Part shown: positions 56,028 through 64,000 of the stretch, in pieces
Numbering within the stretch: position 1 is the stretch's first letter
Layout: every line of letters begins with the position of its first letter
Assembly (NCBI GenBank): GCA_965248435.1
Contig: OZ252100.1
Span: forward strand, 2,784,001 to 2,848,000
Direction of reading: 5' to 3'
DNA length: 64,000 nucleotides
Source of the DNA: Candidatus Latescibacterota bacterium
GTDB taxonomy: Bacteria > Latescibacterota > UBA2968 > GCA-2709665
Made by a program: the position numbers and the translations under genes
The notes under the pieces: model-generated
What the model saw: only the letters and a program-made list of their open reading frames with translations
Told to the model about the DNA's origin: nothing
Database searches by the model: none

Positions 56028-59000
56028 AAATCGAAATCGAAGTCCAGCAGCCCCGACAGTCCGCCGAAGTTCAGGTCCAGGGAGAAGGGATTCCAATCGG
56101 GGAAGCCCGGCAGGTCGATCTCGAAGTTAGCGATCAGGTCGATCAGGTCCTGGAAGTTCCCGATGAACAAGTCGAGCTGCGCCAGCAGGTCATCGAGGAA
56201 GCCCTTGAGCCCGCCGAACATATCCTCGAGGTTGAGATCGATACCGGGAATGGAGAAATCGAAGATGAAGTCGTCGAAGAGCCCGTCTAGGGCATTTCGC
56301 ATCATCGCCAGCAGATCCGGCAGCGAGAAGTTGCCCAGGTCGAGCAGGTCGCTGATATCGGGTAAGTCGATGTTCAGATTCCCGAAAAGGTCGGGGAAGC
56401 TGAAGCCGCTGAAATCGGGCAGGTCGGGAAGCGAGAAGCCGGGCAGGCTCGGGAAACCGGGCAGAGACGGAAACTCCGGCATGCCGATCGTAATCGTCGG
56501 CAGGTCGGGCAGCGACAGGCCGCCCAGTCCGGAAGTGTCGACGGTCAGGGGCAGCACGGCGGCGTAGTTCGTCGCTTTGTCGATCTGCAGCGACAGAATC
56601 GACGTGTCGCCGGCGTCCAGCTGCGCTTTTGTAATCCTTCCCTCGCCCTCGAGGGCAACGACGGCGCCCAGGTCGATGCTGCCGTTCACAATGCCGGCGC
56701 TCACCAACCCGAAGTCGACATCCGCGTCCACGTCCCCGTCGTGGAGCTGGGCACTGAATCCGAGGCTCGGATCCTTGACGTAGAAGGGGGAAACGCTGAG
56801 GCTGTCGCGGTCCGCCTTCAGGCCGTCGATGGCGATCTGGTCGATGGCGGCGTCGACCAGGGCTGCGGCGATCTGCGCATCCGTGGCGCTGCCGTCCCCT
56901 GCCAGGCCAAAGCCCTGCAGGTCCGCGGCTGCGGATCCATCATTCAGAGGATCGCCGTCGTTCAGGTTGTCGCGGTCCGCTTTCAGGTTGCTGAAGACCG
57001 TCGGATGGTTGGCGCTGACGACAGCAATCGTGATGTCGTCGTCGGTCGAGCTGCCGTCTCCCGGCAGACTGACCGCCACCAGGTTCGCAGACGCTGCGTT
57101 CAGATTGTCGCGGTCGGTCTTCAGACCGGCAATGGCGGTCTGGTCGGCCGAATCGGCCAAGGCCTCTGCGATCTCCACGTCCGTGGAGCTGCCGTCTCCG
57201 GCCAGATTGGCCGCCACCAGGTTCGCCGATGCCGTGTTCAGATCGTCGCGGTCGGTCTTCAGACCGTCGTAGGCAGCCGTATGGTTGGCGCTTACAACAG
57301 CGATCGTGATGTCGTCGTCGGTCGAGCTGCCGTCTCCGACCAGACCCGCGGCCACCAGGTTCGCCGCTGCTGTGTTCAGATCGTCGCGGTCGGACTTCAG
57401 ACCGGCGTAGGCAGCCGCATGGTTGGCGCTTACAACAGCGATCGTGATATCGTCGTCGGTCGAGCTGCCATCTCCGGCCAGATTGGCCGCCACCAGGTTC
57501 GCCGCTGCTGTGTTCAGATCGTCGCGGTCGGTCTTCAGACCGTCGTAGGCAGCCGTATGGTTTGTGCTTACGACAGCGATCGTGATATCGTCGTCGGTCG
57601 AGCTGCCATCTCCGGCCAGATTGGCCGCCACCAGGTTCGCCGATGCCGTGTTCAGATCGTCGCGGTCGGTCTTCAGACCGTCGTAGGCAGCCGTATGGTT
57701 GGCGCTCACGACAGCGATCGTGATATCGTCGTCGGTCGAGCTGCCATCTCCGGCCAGATTGGCCGCCACCAGGTTCGCCGATGCCGTGTTCAGATCGTCG
57801 CGGTCGGTCTTCAGACCGTCGTAGGCAGCCGTATGGTTGGTGCTTACGACGGCGATCGTGATATCGTCGTCGGTCGAGCTGCCGTCTCCGGCCAGATTGG
57901 CCGCCACCAGGTTCGCCGATGCCGTGTTCAGATCGTCGCGGTCGGTCTTCAGACCGTCGTAGGCAGCCGTATGGTTGGTGCTTACGACGGCGATCGTGAT
58001 ATCGTCGTCGGTCGAGCTGCCGTCTCCCGCCAAGCCAAAGCCCTGCAGGTTCGCGGCTGCGGATCCATCATTGAGAGGATCACCGTCGTTCAGGTTGTCC
58101 CGGTCCGCCTTCAGGCCATCGATCGTTGACTGGTCCGCAACCTCGACCAGTGCCGCCGCGATCTGTGCATCCGTCGAGCTGCCGTTCAGGCCCTCTGCCT
58201 GCAGGTTCGCCGACGACGTGTTCACCGTGTCCCGGTCCGTCTTCAGGCCATCGATCGTTGACTGGTCCGCAACCTCGACCAGTGCCGCCGCGATCTGTGC
58301 ATCCGTCGAGCTGCCGTTCAGGCCCTCTGCCTGCAGGTTCGCCGACGACGTGTTCACCGTGTCCCGGTCCGTCTTCAGGCCATCGATCGTTGACTGGTCC
58401 GCAGCATCGACCAGGGCCGCCGCGATCTGGGCATCCGTCGAGCTGCCGTCACCTAGCAGGCCAACCGCCTGCAGATTGGCCGCCGACGTGTTGACCGTGT
58501 CCCGGTCTGTCTTCAGACCATCGATCGTTGACTGGTCCGCAGCATCGACCAGCGCCGCCGCGATCTGGGCATCCGTCGAACTGCCGTCACCGGGCAGCAA
58601 AACGGCCTGCAGGTTGGCCGCCGACGCGTTGACCGTGTCCCGGTCCGTCTTCAGGCCGTCGATCGTTGACTGGTCCGGAGCATCGACCAGCGCCGCCGCG
58701 ATCTGGGCATCCGTCGAGCTGCCGTCACCGGGCAGGCCAACCGTCTGCAGATTGGCCGCCGACGTGTTGACCGTGTCCCGGTCCGTCTTCAGATTGTCAA
58801 AGGCGGTCGTTTGACTGTCGCTCACGACCGCAATGGTGATGTCGTCATCGGTCGAGCTGCCGTCACCGGGCAGACCAACGGCCTGCAGGTTGGCCGCCGA
58901 CGTATTGATCGTGTCGCGGTCGGCCTTCAGGCCGTCGATGGCGGTCTGATCTGCGGCTGCGACGTTTACGTCGACCAGCGCCGCGGCAATCTCTGCATCC

Positions 59001-62000
59001 GTCGAGCTGCCGTCGCCGGCCAGGCTCACCGCCTGCAGGTTGGCCGCTGCCGATCCATCGTTCGTGGCATCACCGTCGTTCAGATTGTCCCGGTCCGCCT
59101 TCAGGTCGGTGAACTGTGTCGCATGACTGGCGCTGACCACCGCGATCGTGATGTCGTCGTCCGTGGAACTGCCGTCACCGGTCAGGCCGACGCCCTGCAG
59201 GTTGGCCGATGCCACGCCTCTGGCGAGTACTCCCGCCGTGTCCAGGCCGAAGTCGAAGTCCAGTAACAGCCGGGTCGTCAGGGATGGGTTCAAATCGACG
59301 CTGAACCCGGGGATGGCGCTCAGCACGCTGCCCAGATCCAGGTTGGAGAGCACGGTGTGCTCCTCGACCACGAGGGCGGAAGTTAGACCGAACTCGAGAA
59401 GCGACGTATTCCGGGTGATCTCGAAACGCGCGCCCCCGCCGCCATCCACCAGCGCAAAGACGGCGTCTGTGCTCGAATCGGTACCCGACAGCCAGGCCGC
59501 CTTAAGGGGATCCAGGACATCGGCGTCGATGGCGTCGCTGAGATCCTGGGCGAATGCGGTAACGAATCCAACATCACCGAATTCGGCGAAGCTGTCGGGA
59601 AGCAGGTCGGCGAACGTGTCGCCGATCAGGGGCAGGGACTGACCCAGGAAGTCCTTCAGCTCCTGGATCGTGTTCACGCCCGTCGCCAGATCTGTGGTCC
59701 AGGCCTTCAACGCCTCCAGGCCACCGATGATCGTCTGTTGCAAGCCCGGGTCGATGATGACGTTGGCCTGCTCGTAGGTGTTGGCCCCCCGGCCGCCCCT
59801 CAGTGTTTCCACGCTGAAGTCGGTAGTTACCGTATTCGGAGTGCCGGCGCCGTCGGTCACCACCACGCTCCCGCCCAACGCCGTGATCAGATCCACCGCC
59901 GTCGCGTCGCCCGCACGACCGATGTCGAACGTCAGGTCTTCGGTCACCGCCGAGAAGTCGAGGGCGTCGTCGCCCTCTCCGGCATTCTCATCCACAGTGT
60001 CCTGCCCGAAGGTGTCGGCGAAGAGATAGATGTCATCACCGGCACCGCCCCGCAGCGTGTCGCTACCCCCCCCACCGGCCAGCACATTGGCCCCGCCGTC
60101 GCCCGTAATGTCGTCGTCATCGTCACCACCGACGATGTTCTCCACGCCGCTGACGTCGGCGATCGTCAGGCCGTCGGCGGTGTGCGTGACCGTGTCGGAT
60201 GCCTGCGTCAGGTCGACGGTGATCGGGATCTGGAAGCCCTCGAAGCTCAACGTATCGGCGCCGCCTTTGCCGTCGATCGTGTCTTTCGGCGCGTTGCCGG
60301 CGTTCCAGCTCCCTGTGGTGAAGAAATTGGCTTCGTCGTTCCCGATGAGGGTGTCGGACGACATCTGGGTGCCGAAAACGTTCTGGATGTTGCTGACGCT
60401 GTTGGCCGCCTCAGCGTTGATGCCCGTAGCCGACTCGGCATCGATACCGCTCTCGGTGGTGTCGCTCAGATTGACCTGGACTCCGGATGTGTAGAGCGAG
60501 TAGTCGAGGGTGTTGACGCCCCCGCCGCCGTCGATGCTACCGCCGAAGGTGGCTCCGTCTTTGAAGGAGAACAGATCGTTTCGTGCGCTCCCGATAATGT
60601 CGTCGATGCCGCTGGCGTTGAGGGCGAGCGTATTCGCCGTCGTTGGAACGGAGATGCCGCGCACGGTGAAGCCACCGTCGCTCACCGTGATCTTCTCGGC
60701 TCCGGCGTCGATTTCGAGGGTGACCTTCAGATCTTTCTTGAGGGCGGAGAAGTCGACGGTGTCGCCGGAGCCGCCGCTGTCGGTCAGCGTATCGGCGCCC
60801 CAGCCCTTTGAGAACAGGAAGGTGTCGTCGCCCAGTCCGCCGTCCAGCGTGTCGTCGCCCTTGCCGCCCGTAATCGTGTTGTTACCCGAGTCACCCGTGA
60901 GGGTGTCCGCTGCGGAACTGCCGATGATGTTGAGGATGTTGGCCACGCCGTTCGTGCCGGTAGCCGAGCCGGTGGCACCCGCGCCGGCGCCTGGCGTCCC
61001 CAGGTCTACGGTAAAACCACCGCCGCTCGTGTCGGCCTTGGAGTAGTCGATCGTGTTGGTGCCGCTGCCGCCGTCGACGACGAGGGAGCTGGCCGCAGCT
61101 GTCCCCAGGATGCGGATGGTGTCGTTCCCGCTGCCGCCGATCACCTTCTCCACATCCGTTGCGGTGATCTTGTGGCCCGTGAGGATGTTGCCATCCTTCA
61201 CCGTCACCGTGGTCACGCCGTTCTCGGTGCGGATCGAGATCGTCAGATCCACGGTGATCGCGGAGAGGTCGAGTGTCCCGGTGGCACTGCCGTTGTTGGC
61301 AGCGTCGTCGATGTCGATGGAGGTCGTGAGCTTGCCGCTGCCGTCTGCCTCGAAGACATAATCGTAGCTGCCCGCACCGCCAGCGACGTTCTCTATGTGG
61401 GAGAGCGCCGCTGCCGCCACCGTCACCGTGTTGGCGCCCGCGGCACTCACCAGCGAACCGTCGGTCTTGAAGGTGTGCGTCAGCGCAGCCGTGACGGCCG
61501 CTACGGCCGGGACGGAGGGAATATTGTCCGCCGGTACGGCCGTGATGGCGGCCTGGCCGGCAAAGCTGATCGTGTCTGTTCCGCCCAGGATCTTCTCTAC
61601 GACCGTATCCTGTCCCCAGTTCCCCGTGAACAGGTAGGTGTCGCTGCCCCGTCCGCCAACGAGGGCATCTGCATCCGCCCCGCCCTCCAGCACGTCTGCG
61701 CCTCCCCCTCCGCTCAGGGCGTCTGACCCGAGCCCGCCGAAGATCTGATCTGCGCCACCGTCGCCCGACAGCGTGTCGACGTCGTCTCCCCCGAACAGGA
61801 AGTCTCCACCGCTCCCGCCTTCCAGCGTGTCACCCCCGGTACCGCCGGTGAGCACGTCAGTGCCCGCGTCCCCCTCGAGCGTATCCGCCCCGGCGTCACC
61901 CGTCAGCAGGTCATCCCCCTTGCCCCCGCTGAGCGTGTCGGCGCCCCCGCCCCCGCTCAGGACGTCATCGTCTCTGTCGCCGGTCAGGGAGTTGTCGACG

Positions 62001-64000
62001 CTGGAGCCCGTGAGCGTGTCCACGTCGGCCCCGCCGATCACATCCTGGATGCCGGCCACCGTACCGCCCACTCCAGGCACGCTGCCCGGGCTCAGCGCAG
62101 ACAGGTTCACGGTCGTCGTCAGACCGTAGCCTGAGAAGTCCAGCGTGTTGATCTTATCGGCCGCCTGTCCCGCCGGATTGGCTGTCAGGTCGCCGGACAG
62201 GGACGCACCCTTTTCGAGCCGGACATAGTTGTTTCCCTTGCCCGCGATCAGGTTGTCGACCTGCGTGGCCGACACCTTGTGGGCGGACGAGGAACTGCGT
62301 GAAGCGCTGTCGCTCACACTGACGCTGCCGTTGGCGCGAATCGTGAAGTAGAGGTCCTTCGTGACGTTGGAAAAATCGAGCGTCACTGTCGCAGCCGCCT
62401 CGTTGCCGACGGCGAAATCCTTTGCCCAGTCGTCGAAGAAGCGGTAGGTGTTCGAGCCGCTGCCACCGGTAATCGACTCGATGTGGCGGACCGCGGTCAG
62501 GCTGTCTGTGTTGCCAGCCAAATCGGTGGTTACGGTGACGCCGTTGTCGCCGCCCGTGCCGCTCTTTCTGATCTCGAAGGTGAGGTCGTTGCTGACCGCC
62601 GAAAAGTCGAGGGCGTCCGTCCCCTCGCCTGCCGCCTCCGTCACCGTGTCCTGACCCCAGTCGTTCGTGAAGACGAAGGTATCGCTCCCGGTTCCTCCGA
62701 CGAGGGTGTCGTTGGAAACATCGCCGCCTTCCAGGGTATCGTCACCAGACCCACCTTCCAGGGCGTCGGTGCCGGCGCCGCCGCGCAGCGTGTCGTCCCC
62801 CGCCTCGCCGAACAGCTGGTCCGCAGCCGCCCCACCGATTAGCGTGTCGCTGCCCTTGCCGCCGTGCAGCTCGTTGGCCCCGGCCGCGCCCGTGAGGCTG
62901 TCGTTGTTGGAGCCTGCCTTGACGACGTGGATGTTCTTGAAACCGTCCCCGATGCCGCTCGCCGTGCCGTTTGTGGGGGTCGTAAAGGTGACGGCTGCTC
63001 GCGTCGCCTTGGAGAACGGATTTGTGGGATCTTTGTACTGAAGGGTGTTGGTGCCACCGCCCCCGTCGATCTCACCCTTGATGCTGGCGCCCTTCTCAAT
63101 GATGAAGGTGTTGTTCCCCGTTCCGCCTTTCAGGTTCTCCACGTTCTTTGCAGTCACAGTACCGGAGGCCCCCGACACCACGACGTCGCCGTTGGACTTG
63201 ATCGTGAAAGTCAGGACTTCGCTGATGGTCGAGAAGTCTAGCGTATCCTTCCCTTCTCCGGCTTTCTCCACTACGCTGTCGCTGCCGAAGGTGCCCGTGA
63301 ACTTGTAGACGTCGTTGCCGGAGCCTCCCTGCAGGGTGTCGGCGCCCGCCTTGCCGTCGATCGTGTCGGCACCGCCGAAACCGTTGATCGTGTCGACACC
63401 GCTCGTGCCATTGAGGGTCTGTCCGGCGTCTGTGCCGTCGATGACGCCCAGCGCCACAGCCTTTGCTGCAGGGAGCGCGCCCCTCAGATCAGGATCACCC
63501 TTTTCCGAATCCGATGCGTCATCCGGAACAAGACCCCATCCAATTCCTGAAGGAGAGAGGGGAATGACGGTATCCGAATCCATTAGGCCCGTACTCAACT
63601 CCAGCACCCAGCTGCTGCCCGGATCCACCATGCCCGACAGACGCGCCGATTCGGTCAGATTCTCGACCGAGGCAATGCTGAATCCGTCCGATTCAGGGTT
63701 CAGCTCGTAGAGCAGCAGATCGCCATTTGGCAACAGGTTCCACGGGCCCGTACGGAAGAGCCGCGACCCGCGTTTCGTCTGGTTCCGATCCTGCTCCTCG
63801 TTTCCGTTCCGAAGCGCGTCCCTCGCCGCGAGAGACATGATGTGAGCGGCCGCGACGTCCCGGGTATCCGCGAGCGCCTCTTGGATCTGGCGAATCACGT
63901 CCCCGTCCGGATTCAGCACCACAACACGATACGTTCCATCGCCCTTCGAAGCAGTCTCGAACGGTTTTACGGGAAGCGAAAGGAGGTCCTGATCGGTCTC
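55991..64000 (-). pseudogene. Giant RTX-type Ca-binding surface protein; 5' end beyond the window, 3' end truncated by IS30
   Basis: Frame is open to 64000; many GGxGxDxL nonapeptides and DTLDFS motifs; the last residues (LDSMTKCNTWT*) are read from the IS right end. Confidence 0.88.
56800..59215 (-). repeat. 17 intragenic tandem repeats of about 44-54 aa (mostly 138 bp)
   Basis: LKTDRD.LN..SANL...L.GDGSSTD.. units; 138-bp period at 57241, 57379, 57517, 57655, 57793, 57931. Confidence 0.95.

Noticed and set aside
56741-58814. Long plus-strand ORFs (462, 279 aa) in the repeat block
   Set aside because: Antisense shadows caused by codon bias and repeats of the minus-strand giant gene.
54603-59215. 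CRISPR array in the 179-bp or 138-bp repeats
   Set aside because: No constant short repeat with unique spacers, no cas genes, and the 138-bp units are in-frame coding repeats.

Overview
A 64-kb, GC-rich bacterial window with almost all genes on the + strand. The gene content (GWxTD, DUF3179, DUF5069, many PAS sensors) suggests a Latescibacterota/Acidobacteriota-like lineage, but that is inference only. It is dominated by signal transduction: two intact PAS-sigma54 enhancer-binding proteins (bEBPs), several PAS histidine kinases and response regulators, a PAS/HD-GYP gene and seven sigma54 (-24/-12) promoters. It also holds a prkA-yeaH-spoVR operon, a thioredoxin/DUF5069/MerT-HMA/MerR redox-metal region, a secreted kinase-like gene next to a purple-acid-phosphatase/HEAT gene, a four-helix-bundle (Avd/IVS-like) gene embedded in heptamer repeats, a long FapA/DUF342 gene, two apparently identical IS30 copies and an IS-truncated giant RTX-type surface protein with 17 unusual tandem repeats. 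Main observations: (1) a cassette of bEBP 3' tail, palindromic enhancer, terminator, sigma54 promoter and thioredoxin 5' end occurs three times in front of different genes; (2) 7-8-nt inverted repeat arrays occupy intergenic spacers, one set bracketing the four-helix-bundle gene; (3) a candidate multi-stem ncRNA at about 31.3-31.5 kb; (4) many signalling genes are broken by discrete lesions. No rRNA, tRNA or CRISPR array was seen. All family assignments are by motif recognition, not database search.
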